From the IMG/VR virus record IMGVR_UViG_3300037423_001503: a stretch of DNA of 64,000 nt. The stretch is one strand, 5' to 3'. The number at the start of each line of letters is the position of its first letter. Within the stretch, counting starts at the first letter, position 1. The DNA is from a virus. The position numbers and the translations under genes were made by a program. This document shows, in pieces, positions 20,065 to 30,325 of the stretch. The notes beneath the pieces were generated by a model, which saw nothing but the letters and a program-made list of their open reading frames with translations, ran no database searches and was not told the origin of the DNA.

Positions 20065-20535
20065 GTGGGCAGCACTGACGGACGAGTAGGCGGAGCGGAC
20101 ACGGCGGCTGAGTACTTCTACTTGGCCGGTCCGATGACCAACATCCCGGCGTTCAACTTCCCTGAGTTTCACCGCGTCGCAGGGATCCTACGCGCTCAGG
20201 GATACAACTTGGTCAACCCGGCCGAGCTTGACGAGGAGATCGAGCGCAAGGAGGCAGAGGCGTCACCCGACGGTAAGCACCGAGGCCTCAAGCACGTCAA
20301 GACCTGGGCTGATTGTCTACGCCGCGATATTGAGATCGTTGCCGACAACAACTGCGTTGGAGTGATCGTCATGGACGGCTGGGAGAACTCTCAGGGAGCG
20401 CAGTTCGAGACCTACGTGGCCTACAAGCTGCGTATGCCGATCTATCGCTTCCTGGAAACAGCGCGGGACGAGTTCACGCTCGTTGAGATTCAACGCGGTC
20501 CGTCGCTAGCAGCGGCTGGTGTCGTCGATGGCTGA
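20065..20535 (+). CDS. DUF4406 (nucleoside deoxyribosyltransferase-like) protein
   Basis: YLAGPMT...FNFPEF...VNPAE...GWENSQGAQFE. Confidence 0.8.
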   Translation: MGSTDGRVGGADTAAEYFYLAGPMTNIPAFNFPEFHRVAGILRAQGYNLVNPAELDEEIERKEAEASPDGKHRGLKHVKTWADCLRRDIEIVADNNCVGVIVMDGWENSQGAQFETYVAYKLRMPIYRFLETARDEFTLVEIQRGPSLAAAGVVDG

Positions 20536-20953
20536 AATCATCGTCGTCCACGCCGACGACTACACGGACTATTTGGATGCGTCGACTGATGAGGCATGGG
20601 CGCGCAATGCGTACGGGCTACTGAAGGAGCGCTTCCAGAGCGGCTACTTCTACCACGACCCAGGCGATGAGCCTATCTACGACGGCATGTCGGTGGCTGA
20701 GATTGGAGAGATCACCGACCCTGAGATCAAGAAGATAGCGACGACTAAGTACAACCGCTGGGTCAGGGCCAAGCGTGAATGGCAGGACGAGAAGGCAACC
20801 TATGACGCAGTCGCCGAAGAGGTCGCGAACGGACCGACATGGCGTGAGTACAAGTCAGGCCGTCGCGAGCCCACGGCGTGGGGACTTCTCGACGCCCGAT
20901 CAGACTACGAGTACGAGAGGGTCGAGTTGATGACAGTGAGGAACTATGACTGA
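20528..20953 (+). CDS. Hypothetical protein
   Basis: Coupled ORF. Confidence 0.6.
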   Translation: MAEIIVVHADDYTDYLDASTDEAWARNAYGLLKERFQSGYFYHDPGDEPIYDGMSVAEIGEITDPEIKKIATTKYNRWVRAKREWQDEKATYDAVAEEVANGPTWREYKSGRREPTAWGLLDARSDYEYERVELMTVRNYD

Positions 20954-21248
20954 CCGACCGGAAGAGATCGTCTCTGTCTACGACGACGTCAGCGGCGACT
21001 GGGAGGGACTGTACTTTGACGGCCGCCTCGTCTCACAGAACCACAGCATCGATGCGGGCGAGGTGCTCTCACTGATCGGCTATGACGTCACGTATGTGCC
21101 GGCCTCGGCCGATGAAACCGGAGGTCGATTTCCTGATAGACTTGAGGACGTCGTAACGACGAAGGAACTACACCGTCGCTCACTCCTCGCCGAAGCAGCA
21201 GAGCTTCGCGCCAAGGCTGACGCATTGGAGGCCTCGATTGAGCACTGA
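20946..21248 (+). CDS. Hypothetical protein
   Basis: GAGGA SD; DWEGLYFDG motif. Confidence 0.6.
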   Translation: MTDRPEEIVSVYDDVSGDWEGLYFDGRLVSQNHSIDAGEVLSLIGYDVTYVPASADETGGRFPDRLEDVVTTKELHRRSLLAEAAELRAKADALEASIEH

Positions 21249-21480
21249 GGTGAAGGACTTCCGTCTCTACCTGCACCGCAGCAAGGAGACCAACTACGAC
21301 GCCTGGCAGTACGACCTCGGCTGGTCAACCGAAGACCCAGGCTTCGAGAAATTCAAGTACTGCGGATACGAAGTCGAACTGATCACTCAGATCGACAGAG
21401 AGACCGGCCGCTGCTTCGCAATTGGGATCATGGACCGCGGCGAACTTGTCGATTTTGAACGAGGAGTAGAACTCACTTGA
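21238..21480 (+). CDS. Hypothetical protein
   Basis: GGAGG SD. Confidence 0.55.
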   Translation: MSTEVKDFRLYLHRSKETNYDAWQYDLGWSTEDPGFEKFKYCGYEVELITQIDRETGRCFAIGIMDRGELVDFERGVELT

Positions 21481-22211
21481 GGCTTATTGGACTACACGCA
21501 CGGCTTCACGCCGGCAAGGACACAGCGTTTGAGTTCATCGATAACTGGTCGCTGGTTCGCCGCCAGCTTGCGCAGCGTCGCGCCTTCGCTGACCCGCTGA
21601 AGATCTCTGGTATGCGCGCGCTCGGCTTCAAGTCCATCAAGCCCGATGATGCGGCCGAATCACATTGGGCTGTCCGGGTCGCCAACCAGATCAAGGAAAC
21701 CGGTCGAGTAACGGTTACCTGGGTCGACATCGACGGAGGCATGCGCAGCCAAACCATCACCGGCCGCGAACTGTGGCAGTTGTACGGCACAGAGGCGCAC
21801 CGAGCAGATGATCTCGGCTCAAGCTTCGGCGCGAACTTCTGGGTCGACAACTTGCTCCCGGCGGGAACCTCGTCGGAGCCTCTCACTCGCGCCGCTAACG
21901 GCGAGGCCACGAGCCTGACGCCACTGTGGTACAAGAACTTCGAAGACTGGCGCGGCAAGCGTCCTGACATCGCCGTCGTAACTGACGTCAGGTTCCCCAA
22001 CGAGGCCACGCGCATTCTCAAGCTGGGCGGCGAGGTGTGGAAGATCGACGCTGATCAGCGGCTTGGCCCCAACACTGACGGCCATGCTTCGGAGCAGCCG
22101 CTCGACGATGACTACATCAGTCGCGTCATCGACAACAACTCTGATCTCAACAACTTCGCCACAGGAATCGAAGCCGCGCTGGTTGGGACAACGCTCACGC
22201 CGGCCAAGTAA
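21477..22211 (+). CDS. Deoxynucleoside monophosphate kinase
   Basis: AGKDT, FADPLK, RELWQLYGTE, VTDVRFPNE, HASE. Confidence 0.9.
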   Translation: MRLIGLHARLHAGKDTAFEFIDNWSLVRRQLAQRRAFADPLKISGMRALGFKSIKPDDAAESHWAVRVANQIKETGRVTVTWVDIDGGMRSQTITGRELWQLYGTEAHRADDLGSSFGANFWVDNLLPAGTSSEPLTRAANGEATSLTPLWYKNFEDWRGKRPDIAVVTDVRFPNEATRILKLGGEVWKIDADQRLGPNTDGHASEQPLDDDYISRVIDNNSDLNNFATGIEAALVGTTLTPAK

Positions 22212-22214
22212 CGA

Positions 22215-22856
22215 ATGCTCACCATCGATGACATCAGGGACGATCGTCGGCGGTCAGGCTTTCGCGGTGTAACCGTCGACCACGGCGGTCATTCGCGGCA
22301 GGCGAAGCCTTACCGCGCCTCCAAGGGCGTCAAGGGCAGCGGCCCTAACTACGACTATTGGCGCGGGCCGCGACGCGAAACAGCCGAAGAAGCTGCGCGC
22401 GACTACTGCGATTACGTCAACGATGACTCAACAACCCCAACAACCCGACTAAACTCGGCCGGCCATTCAGCGCCGCAACGTCAGCGACTACCTCGCGATC
22501 CCGAGGTTGAGGCCGCTCTTGGGGTTCTGAGGGACGCTAGGGCTCAGCGCCAGGGCAAGCAGGGCTACGTGTACTGCATTGGCGAGACTCAGGGCGTCGC
22601 TTGGGGAGTGAAGGTCGGATATTCGGTGAACCCTGAGAAGCGCGTCACTGAACTACAAACCGGCAACCCTCGCATTCTCTCAGTGATCGGAAAGATCAAG
22701 GGAACGCCCGATGACGAGAAGCGCATTCACTCAAAGTACATGAAGTACAACTTGATCGGCGAGTGGTTCGTGCCGACGCGCGAGCTACTTAGTGAGTTTG
22801 GTCTCACATCCCTAGGAACGGTCGGCCATTCACGACTCGAAGAGGCGGCAGCGTGA
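22215..22856 (+). CDS. GIY-YIG-like (T5orf172/MUG113) protein with an AP2-like N-terminus
   Basis: SGFRGV...TAEEAARDY; GYVYCI...VKVGYS...RVTELQTGNP...EKRIH...GEWF. Confidence 0.75.
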   Translation: MLTIDDIRDDRRRSGFRGVTVDHGGHSRQAKPYRASKGVKGSGPNYDYWRGPRRETAEEAARDYCDYVNDDSTTPTTRLNSAGHSAPQRQRLPRDPEVEAALGVLRDARAQRQGKQGYVYCIGETQGVAWGVKVGYSVNPEKRVTELQTGNPRILSVIGKIKGTPDDEKRIHSKYMKYNLIGEWFVPTRELLSEFGLTSLGTVGHSRLEEAAA

Positions 22857-23044
22857 GCTACTCAGATGACTACAAGGACATGCAGCATGCGAAGTTTTTG
22901 GATCAGTGGGCTCCGGACGACAGATTGCCTGAGTTGACCGCCGAAAATCTGCGCTACAACATCGCCAGGGCCAATAAGGCCGAGTCTGAACTGCGAGAAA
23001 TTCGTATCGCAGTTTCAGATATCAAGCGTGTGCTCAATCTATGA
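22853..23044 (+). CDS. Hypothetical protein
   Basis: Coupled ORF. Confidence 0.5.
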   Translation: MSYSDDYKDMQHAKFLDQWAPDDRLPELTAENLRYNIARANKAESELREIRIAVSDIKRVLNL

Positions 23045-23226
23045 CTTACAAGATTTACGACATGGATGACTGGGAGGTCATCCGTGACGAAACCGGCAAG
23101 ACCCTGTGGTCGGGTCACCGGCCATACACGCGCGACATCTTCGAAGCGCTTGGACTCGACTATGAGATCGAGTTCGTCGAGGACGAGGAGCGCGCCATGG
23201 ACATCATCTATGAGGGCGCTGAGTGA
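23041..23226 (+). CDS. Hypothetical acidic protein
   Basis: Coupled ORF. Confidence 0.5.
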   Translation: MTYKIYDMDDWEVIRDETGKTLWSGHRPYTRDIFEALGLDYEIEFVEDEERAMDIIYEGAE

Positions 23227-23687
23227 GACGTAGGTCGAGGTTCTTCGTCGATAGCGATTTTGGTAACTGGCTCGCTGGTTTCATCGACGGCGAGGGATGC
23301 TTCTACATTACGCGAGACCGCAAGCGGTCACCTTATCGTGCTCGTTTCTCGATCGCCCTGCGCGCCGACGATAGGCCGATTCTCGAAGAGGTACGGGCAG
23401 TAACAGGAATTGGAACCATCCATGACTACACGGCGTCTAGCACGGGCAGTCGAACAACACGCTGGATGGTTCAGTCATACACGGATTGCGCAACATTGAA
23501 GTCGATCCTCGACCGTTATCCGCTGAGGGCAAAGAAGCGAAACGACTTTGATGTGTGGTCGCGCGCGTTGGTCACACAGGGCGACATCGCTACCGGGCGA
23601 CTGGCCAACAACGACGAAGTGAACTCACGAATGGCCGCGCTGAAGGAAGAGCTTGCGGTCGTAAGACGAAAGGGACTTGATGTCTGA
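23223..23687 (+). mobile_element. Free-standing single-motif LAGLIDADG homing endonuclease
   Basis: WLAGFIDGEGCF...YPLRAKKRNDF. Confidence 0.85.
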
Positions 23688-25551
23688 AGCAGACGTCATC
23701 ATCGATTTCGACGTGGAAACCACCGGCCTTCAGCCTTGGTCGCAGCGTCAGCATGCGTTCTTGTATCAGTTCTATGACGGCGAGAACCTTGAGGTTTTGC
23801 GCCCTGAGAACGACTCTGAGCGTATCCAATGGTGGTTTGACCGCGCCAAGAATTGCCGCGGCCTCCGTGCCTGGAACGGCAAGTTCGACAAGAGCTTCGC
23901 CTACGTCGGAGGCTTCGATCTGCCTGGTGACGGCAAGTGGATTGACGGCATGCTAACCGCGCACGCGATCAATGAGAACCGCTCCATCGCCCTAAAGAAC
24001 GTCGCCACTGAGGTTCTAGGCCCAGGCTCGGATGACCTTCAGAAGCAGGTCAAGGAATGGCTCACAGCGGAGCGACGACGCCGTAAGAGCGAAGCGCACA
24101 AGGCCGGCACTGAACTCATCGAGCCCACATATGCCGATGTGCCAGCAGAGCTAATGGAGACGTACGCCGCAGAGGACGTCATCCTGACTCGTAAGGTCGC
24201 TGACGCCTACGATCCCATTATCGCGAAGTCCAAGGACTTGACCGATATCGTCGCCTTCGAGCACGAAGTCTTTGATGCCTTGTGGGGGGTTGAGCGGCGC
24301 GGGTTCCCTGTCGACGACCACGGATACCACATGCTGCTGCACGAGGCGGCTGAGAACCTTGAGGCGCTTGAGGATCTCTGCGTCGCGCTCGCCGCCGAGG
24401 GCGGGGTCGAGGGGCTGAACCCGAACTCCACGGCGCAGATCATCAACGCCCTCAAGGGGCGCAAGGCCGACCTCACCTACATGGCGACAAAGAACGGAAA
24501 GCTCTCTGCTGACCGTGAGAATCTTGAGGCCGTAGATGATGAACTCGCCAAGGCGATCTTGGAATACCGGGCGGAGCGAAAGGTGCACGGCACGTACGTG
24601 CTTCCGTACATCGATCGCTCGTATGCGGCGTCGCTGCGCTCGTGGAAGGAGCCCTTCATCGCCCCTGACGGCGCGATCCACGCAAACTTCCGTCAGGTCG
24701 GAACAGTCACGGGCCGCATGTCGTGCTCTGATCCCAACCTCCAGAACCAGCCGCGAGACGACCTGCGCCTGCGTTACAACTTCCGCGCCGAGCCGGGCAA
24801 GAAGCTCGTAACCTGCGACCTCTCGAACGTCGAGATGCGCGTCTTCGCTGCCTACGCCGGTGAGGGTGCGCTGCTGCGGACGATCAAGGAAGGCGGCGAC
24901 ATTCACACGTTGACCGCCGAGATGATTGGTATCCGTGATCGTAAGCGAGCCGGCGGCGCAGTTGAGACCGCCCGTCAGCGAGGCAAGACGTTCAACTTCT
25001 CCGTCGTCTATGGCGGCGGAGTCAATACGATCATGAAGCAGCAGCGCGTCTCTAAGGACGAGGCGCGCCTCATGCTTCAGCGCTACAAGGACGCGTACCC
25101 TGAGGTGGTTCGGCTTCAGAACCGCATCGCCTATCGACTCGCAGACACCGGCTACATCAAGTCCGCGTGGGGTCGCCGGTTCCACGTTGACCCGCGAGAT
25201 TCCTACAAGGCCGTCAACTATCTCGTTCAGGGCACGTCGGCGGACCTGCTGAAGGCCGCGTTGATCAAGCTCCACAAGCAGGGCGTGCCGGTCGTTGGTT
25301 GCGTGCACGACGAGATCATCGCCCATGTTGATGAGTCCGACGCCGAGGAGTGCCGCCAGACCATCATCGAGGCGCTCACCGATCACCCGATGATCACCGA
25401 AAAGGTGCCGTTGGAGGCCGAGGGCGACATCGTCGATCGCTGGTCTGACGCTAAGCCGCTCGAAGAGCGCGACAAGGACGGCAAGAAGACCGGCCGTAAG
25501 TACTACTTCGATCCGAAGTGGACCGACGTGGAACGTAGGTACATCAAGTGA
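23680..25551 (+). CDS. polA: Family A DNA polymerase with 3'-5' exonuclease
   Basis: DVETTGL, YAAED, TGRMS...PNLQN, DLSNVEMR, KTFNFSVVYG, VHDEI. Confidence 0.95.
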   Translation: MSEADVIIDFDVETTGLQPWSQRQHAFLYQFYDGENLEVLRPENDSERIQWWFDRAKNCRGLRAWNGKFDKSFAYVGGFDLPGDGKWIDGMLTAHAINENRSIALKNVATEVLGPGSDDLQKQVKEWLTAERRRRKSEAHKAGTELIEPTYADVPAELMETYAAEDVILTRKVADAYDPIIAKSKDLTDIVAFEHEVFDALWGVERRGFPVDDHGYHMLLHEAAENLEALEDLCVALAAEGGVEGLNPNSTAQIINALKGRKADLTYMATKNGKLSADRENLEAVDDELAKAILEYRAERKVHGTYVLPYIDRSYAASLRSWKEPFIAPDGAIHANFRQVGTVTGRMSCSDPNLQNQPRDDLRLRYNFRAEPGKKLVTCDLSNVEMRVFAAYAGEGALLRTIKEGGDIHTLTAEMIGIRDRKRAGGAVETARQRGKTFNFSVVYGGGVNTIMKQQRVSKDEARLMLQRYKDAYPEVVRLQNRIAYRLADTGYIKSAWGRRFHVDPRDSYKAVNYLVQGTSADLLKAALIKLHKQGVPVVGCVHDEIIAHVDESDAEECRQTIIEALTDHPMITEKVPLEAEGDIVDRWSDAKPLEERDKDGKKTGRKYYFDPKWTDVERRYIK

Positions 25552-25775
25552 CAGAGTTCAGTTACGACGACCGCGTAGATGCCGCCGCGGTCGCTCTGTT
25601 CGAGAACCTCGCCGATGAATACGACTGCTGGGACGAAGATCCCTTGGAGCGAGGACGTCGCTGGCGCGGCATGGCAGAGCGCGCACTCGAAGCAACCAGC
25701 GAAGATCGCGTCGGCTATTGGCTCGACAGATACGAGTCCGAGTACCGCACAGACTGGAGTTCAAGGCCTCTCTAG
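25548..25775 (+). CDS. Hypothetical protein
   Basis: GTGA coupling to polA. Confidence 0.5.
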   Translation: MTEFSYDDRVDAAAVALFENLADEYDCWDEDPLERGRRWRGMAERALEATSEDRVGYWLDRYESEYRTDWSSRPL

Positions 25776-25777
25776 CG

Positions 25778-26167
25778 ATGCACACGTACTGCAACGGTAC
25801 CTACCACTACCACAGTGACGATGATGGCTTCGAACAGTGGCACGAACTCTGCCCCGGAGAGCCAACTTGTCAAAGCCCCAGAAGAAGTATCGAAGCTACG
25901 GCGGTGAGAATCCCTAACAAGATTTGGGTCGATATCAAGGCTGAGCGCGCCCGCCAGGACGCCAAGTTTGGTGTCCAGAGCCACGATAACGCAACCTGGA
26001 AGCTCATCCTCGACGAGGAGACAGGCGAGGTTGCGACTGAATGTCTCCAGGAGATCTTTGGCGACATCGCCAACGGTCACGGTAACTTGCGCGAAGAACT
26101 CATCCAGGTCGCCGCCGTGGCCGTCGCCTGGGTCGAACATCTAGATAGGAGCACAGATGCCGGTTGA
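25778..26167 (+). CDS. MazG-like NTP pyrophosphohydrolase
   Basis: ERARQDAKFG...LILDEETGEVA...LREELIQVAAVAVAW. Confidence 0.75.
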   Translation: MHTYCNGTYHYHSDDDGFEQWHELCPGEPTCQSPRRSIEATAVRIPNKIWVDIKAERARQDAKFGVQSHDNATWKLILDEETGEVATECLQEIFGDIANGHGNLREELIQVAAVAVAWVEHLDRSTDAG

Positions 26168-26967
26168 CGGCCCGTTGGACTTGTTGTACACGATGCAGGG
26201 CGAGGCGTCGATCCGCGCCGAGCGTGCGAGCAGACACGCCAATGCGCTGCGCGCCGAGGCCGACGATTACGAACGTGAGGCCTTCCGTCACTCGTCGCAG
26301 GTCCAGTGGCTACAGCAGGCAATTGACGCCATGAACACAATGCCCGAGGACACAAATGAAGCTTGAAGTCAAGCACGAGGACAATGACCTGTCGATCAGC
26401 GGTGATCGCCGTACGTTGACAGCGCTGATGGAGATCATGCGTATCGCGATGTCGAACACGCGACGCGTGGCGTACGGTTCCATCGACGATGAAGTAGAGG
26501 GGCAGGTAGGATCTGTAAAGGTGAAGGTCCTGTGATACGCCTGGAGACACGCTTCACAGTGGCGCGTAAGTCAACCTACGAAGATGCGGCGGTGGAGGCC
26601 GAGAAGCGCCTGAAGGGCACGTTTGTGATCGACTTTGTCCGTGACGGCGTCGCTGGCGCTCCCGGCGTACCGACCTATGAGGCAGCCTGATGGGACACAT
26701 GGAGTGGGATCACAACGGGCGCGCAAAGTGGCGGCAGCGGAGCACAGTTCCGTGTCCCGGGCCGCCCGGTCACGGAGGTTGCATCGGCCGGTATGAGGAC
26801 GACTACGGGTCAACGAAGTGGTGCCCGACTTGCACGTATGGTGACGGCCAGCAGGTCGTGATCACATGGACGCCGTGTCCTCGGTTCGACGCCCCGCGTC
26901 CGCCCAAGGGTTGGACTCCAGAGCGGTCAGCGGAAGAACAGATTGACGCAATCTACGGAGGCGTGTG

Positions 26968-27357
26968 ATGGCTAAGAAGAAGGCTTACAAGGTTCCGTTC
27001 GACGACTACTCTGGCGATCAGCTTCACTATGCCGACAAGTGGACAAACCTTGTCCACTTTCCAAACGGCTGGGAGGCCTACAACGACGACTGCGACAATC
27101 CTGCAAACCGAGTCGAGGCCGGCGTAGAGTGGCGCGAGCCGTACGAGTTCGAGGACACGCTCAGGTACGTTACCTACCATCGCGGCCGTAGCGCCGCGTA
27201 TTTTGAGTTCGTGTCGCTCAATGACGGTCGGCGATACACGATGTTCTTGAAGCAATTCGATCAGGCGGTGAGTCGGATGGTCATGGGCCAGTTCACGGGC
27301 CGCTTCGGTTTTGTCAAGTACGGCCACAACTACGGAGTTGCACTGCTCGATGCCTGA
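26968..27357 (+). CDS. Hypothetical protein
   Basis: GGAGG SD; RGRSAAYF...GFVKYGHNYG. Confidence 0.65.
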   Translation: MAKKKAYKVPFDDYSGDQLHYADKWTNLVHFPNGWEAYNDDCDNPANRVEAGVEWREPYEFEDTLRYVTYHRGRSAAYFEFVSLNDGRRYTMFLKQFDQAVSRMVMGQFTGRFGFVKYGHNYGVALLDA

Positions 27358-27718
27358 CGCGAACGGAAACATCAAGGGCATCGCAGTACCTGCGTCGGCG
27401 AAGTGGCCCCCAGCGAGGCCGCCAAGGACGAAGTATGTGCCGCCCGACGAAGCTCCACGCAAGAAGAAGCGCCGACCCAGATCGGTGAAGGTCGTCGAGT
27501 GCTGCGATCTCTGCGGCAACACTGTCAGCGACTTCTGCGCGACCCCTCTACATGACCAGATCTACAACCGCCCTATTGGCAACACCGACTGATGCACGAT
27601 GACGACATCATCGCGATGATCCTATTGATCATCGTCGTGATTGGTTCTCTAGCACTCGCCTGCGCCGCGTCTGCGTAACCAACAACCCAAACATTCGAAA
27701 CAAGGTACACTTCATCTA

Positions 27719-28063
27719 ATGGGCTCTGAATCCTTTTTCCCTATCGGCACACGCCTCACCCACATCGAGACCAAGGAGGTCTTGATCGTCACCGGCGGCG
27801 GCGACCAGTTGGTTGTCTCTCCGGCTGAATTCGGCCCGCCGCGCGCTCTCGGAATCGTCGAGGCGCGGCAGGACTACACCGCAGAAATCCCTGAGGGCGG
27901 TGTCGTCGACACGCCTGAGCAGCAGCGCGCGAAGCTCACCCCTGAGCAGATCTTCGCCAAGGCCGCCGCTGAGGCAGCCGCCGCTGGCGTCGAACCTACC
28001 GGTCACCGCGGACGTAGGAAGTCGCAGGGTGACGCTGAGCCGCGTCGTCAGGGCGGCGAGTAA
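27719..28063 (+). CDS. Hypothetical protein
   Basis: GG-TACACT-N7-ATG leaderless-like start. Confidence 0.6.
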   Translation: MGSESFFPIGTRLTHIETKEVLIVTGGGDQLVVSPAEFGPPRALGIVEARQDYTAEIPEGGVVDTPEQQRAKLTPEQIFAKAAAEAAAAGVEPTGHRGRRKSQGDAEPRRQGGE

Positions 28064-28356
28064 TGGCTAAGCGCTCGCTGGAATCCAAGAAGCGCGCACG
28101 CCTCGTGCGAGCGATGTCAACCACACCGACTGGTCTCATTGATCTCGTCGACTACATCAGGTTGCGCACACGCTGCACCGCTGGTCGCGCCAAGGCCGCC
28201 ATCATGGCCGGCGCGCTGACCGTCGATGGTGAGCCGATCGGCTTCGTCGAGATCGACGACAAGATCCAGAAGGACAATAAGATCAAGGTGTTCACGCAGT
28301 ACGTGCGTGCAGATCTACGCGACCGGATTGTGGTGGTGAATCCTTCTGATTCGTAA
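28063..28356 (+). CDS. S4-like RNA-binding protein
   Basis: IDLVDYIRLRTRCTAGRAKAAIMAGALTVDG; basic N-terminus. Confidence 0.5.
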   Translation: MAKRSLESKKRARLVRAMSTTPTGLIDLVDYIRLRTRCTAGRAKAAIMAGALTVDGEPIGFVEIDDKIQKDNKIKVFTQYVRADLRDRIVVVNPSDS

Positions 28357-28441
28357 CGTCGCCGCGCTCTGCACTGTAAGCACGAGGCTTCTGGATGAGG
28401 AGCCAAGGAGGACGATCGACTTCCTTGCTGGCGACGCCGCA

Positions 28442-28726
28442 ATGAGGATCGGACACCTAATCCGGGCGTGGCACGACGGAGGATGTGACGACCCAGCGCC
28501 TCAGCAGGCCGAGCGATCGTTTGTTGATCAAACCGGGTGGCTCACCGACGAGGAGCGCGCCAGGTACAACGAGCTTGGCGATCTAAGTCGCGCGAAGATC
28601 TTCAAGTTGTGTATCGAGTTTGACATGGATCGTCTTGCTGAACTCCCGCTCGCGCGGGCAGAGATGCGAGCGCGTACGCTGGCTGAGTCTAAGGCCTTGA
28701 CCTTCCTGGAAGGCGAGCTTCTGTGA
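28442..28726 (+). CDS. Hypothetical protein
   Basis: ORF coupled to the resolvase gene. Confidence 0.5.
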   Translation: MRIGHLIRAWHDGGCDDPAPQQAERSFVDQTGWLTDEERARYNELGDLSRAKIFKLCIEFDMDRLAELPLARAEMRARTLAESKALTFLEGELL

Positions 28727-29223
28727 GGTGGCTTTCCGTCGATCCCGGCGAGGACACAGGCTGGGCTCTTTGGGAGGACGGCGACCTCATCGACGCCGGC
28801 ACCGACAAGCTGTGGCAGTTCGGTGAGGCCGTCTACGCGGCTACCCACGAGGACTCCGAGAGCCTCGAACTCGTCGGTGATGACCTGGCGTTGAAGTTCA
28901 TCGGCGTCGAACGCATCGTCTGTGAGGACTGGCGCATCTACCCCTGGGAGGCCAAGAAGGGCACCCTGAACTGGGACCAGTGTCGCACAGCGCGGCTCAT
29001 TGGTGGCCTAACCTTGGTGGCGAAGATGAAGGGCATGGAGTTTGTCCTTCAGGGCGCGAAGATCAAGGAGCGCGCCGAGGCCGCCGGTGCTGAGGCGTTG
29101 TTCATGTCGCCGCTGGTGGAGAACCGCCACGCCAACGACGCCATCCGTCACGGCGTCTACTACTTGGCGATCGAGCGCGGCGCGCGGCCGGTCGAAATGG
29201 AGGGTGATGGTGCTAATGCGTAG
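28723..29223 (+). CDS. RuvC-like Holliday junction resolvase
   Basis: LSVDPGEDTGWA, IVCEDW, HANDAIRH. Confidence 0.8.
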   Translation: MRWLSVDPGEDTGWALWEDGDLIDAGTDKLWQFGEAVYAATHEDSESLELVGDDLALKFIGVERIVCEDWRIYPWEAKKGTLNWDQCRTARLIGGLTLVAKMKGMEFVLQGAKIKERAEAAGAEALFMSPLVENRHANDAIRHGVYYLAIERGARPVEMEGDGANA

Positions 29224-29937
29224 AGAGCACAGAAACCTCTACAGGCTGTGCCGCCCGCTGTCGTACGTCATGCCAGAGGCGGCGCTGCGCTGGCTGCATC
29301 GCCATTGGAAGCTGGCCTCGGACGACACCGATGACTGGAGTTTCTGGCTCGACGTCAGCTACGAACGCTACTGGAGAAGGAGTATCGAGCGGTGACTGAG
29401 TTTAGGTTGTGCTGGTCAGCGAGCAGCAACATCACCTTCCGCGGCGAGACCGACTGGGAAGAGTGGGATAACGAGGACGAATCTCCAGAGATGTACTTCT
29501 ACTCTCTTGAGAGTCCTGGGCTTACCAACATGGCTGTCGGTCTCAGCGAAGTCTTGGAGGCCAGCGGTTTCGATTGGTGGGTAGAGACCAGATGATCTCC
29601 GGTAAGGTGCGCGGCGAATGCATTCACTTCGACTGCGCCACCGACGAAGAGATGACACTGACATGGATGGCATTCTTCACCGAGGAGGCCGCCAAGGACC
29701 TCGACTGCGATCGATGCGGACGACCGCTCAACGAAGTTCCCGATCCGTGACCGCAACGACAAGTAATTCACGCGTCAATCCAGAGCGTAACCGCTGCCCG
29801 AACTTCGAGGAGTGCGGTATGTCGTGTTCGCACGATCCGGAGTACATGGGTTGGCCGCAGACCGGGCTCCGATATCCTGAGCGCGCATGCAGCCGCGAGT
29901 GCGTTCGTGCGCTGCTGATGAAGCGGGCGCTGTCGGT

Positions 29938-30252
29938 ATGATCTTCCAAGAGAACCTAGGATACGAGCGAGTGCCGCGCGACGATGAGTTCGTCGATGCG
30001 GCATTTCGTCTTTGTGGTGAGGAACCGCCGCGATCCTACTCGATCTATACTTTGATGCGCGTCATCCCTCGCGACGTCGCCCGTCAGGAACTCGCTGGTG
30101 ACATCATGCTAGCCAAGATGAAGTCGCTGGCCGCCGAGCTAGACAGCGCACAGCCGCCCGCAGATGGACTGATTACCTGTGACTGTGCTTGTCATAGGCC
30201 GCCGTATTACGACCGCACCGGCGGCTGCGTCCACTGCATTCTGATTGGTTAG
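29938..30252 (+). CDS. Hypothetical protein with a Cys-rich C-terminus
   Basis: CDCACH...CVHC. Confidence 0.5.
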   Translation: MIFQENLGYERVPRDDEFVDAAFRLCGEEPPRSYSIYTLMRVIPRDVARQELAGDIMLAKMKSLAAELDSAQPPADGLITCDCACHRPPYYDRTGGCVHCILIG

Positions 30253-30325
30253 TCAACACGACTGACCAAATCGTGTTACACTTCCTTCACCCCATGCCGA
30301 TCGACCTCAACAAGGAGTCGTCGGT

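Noticed and set aside
23223-23687. Group I intron or intein interrupting polA
   Set aside because: PolA is continuous from ExoI to motif C; the flanks are tightly coupled ORFs with no room for an intron core and no intein termini
24151-25386. 411-aa - strand ORF
   Set aside because: Antisense shadow of polA; high-GC codon bias suppresses stops and the ORF has no recognisable motifs
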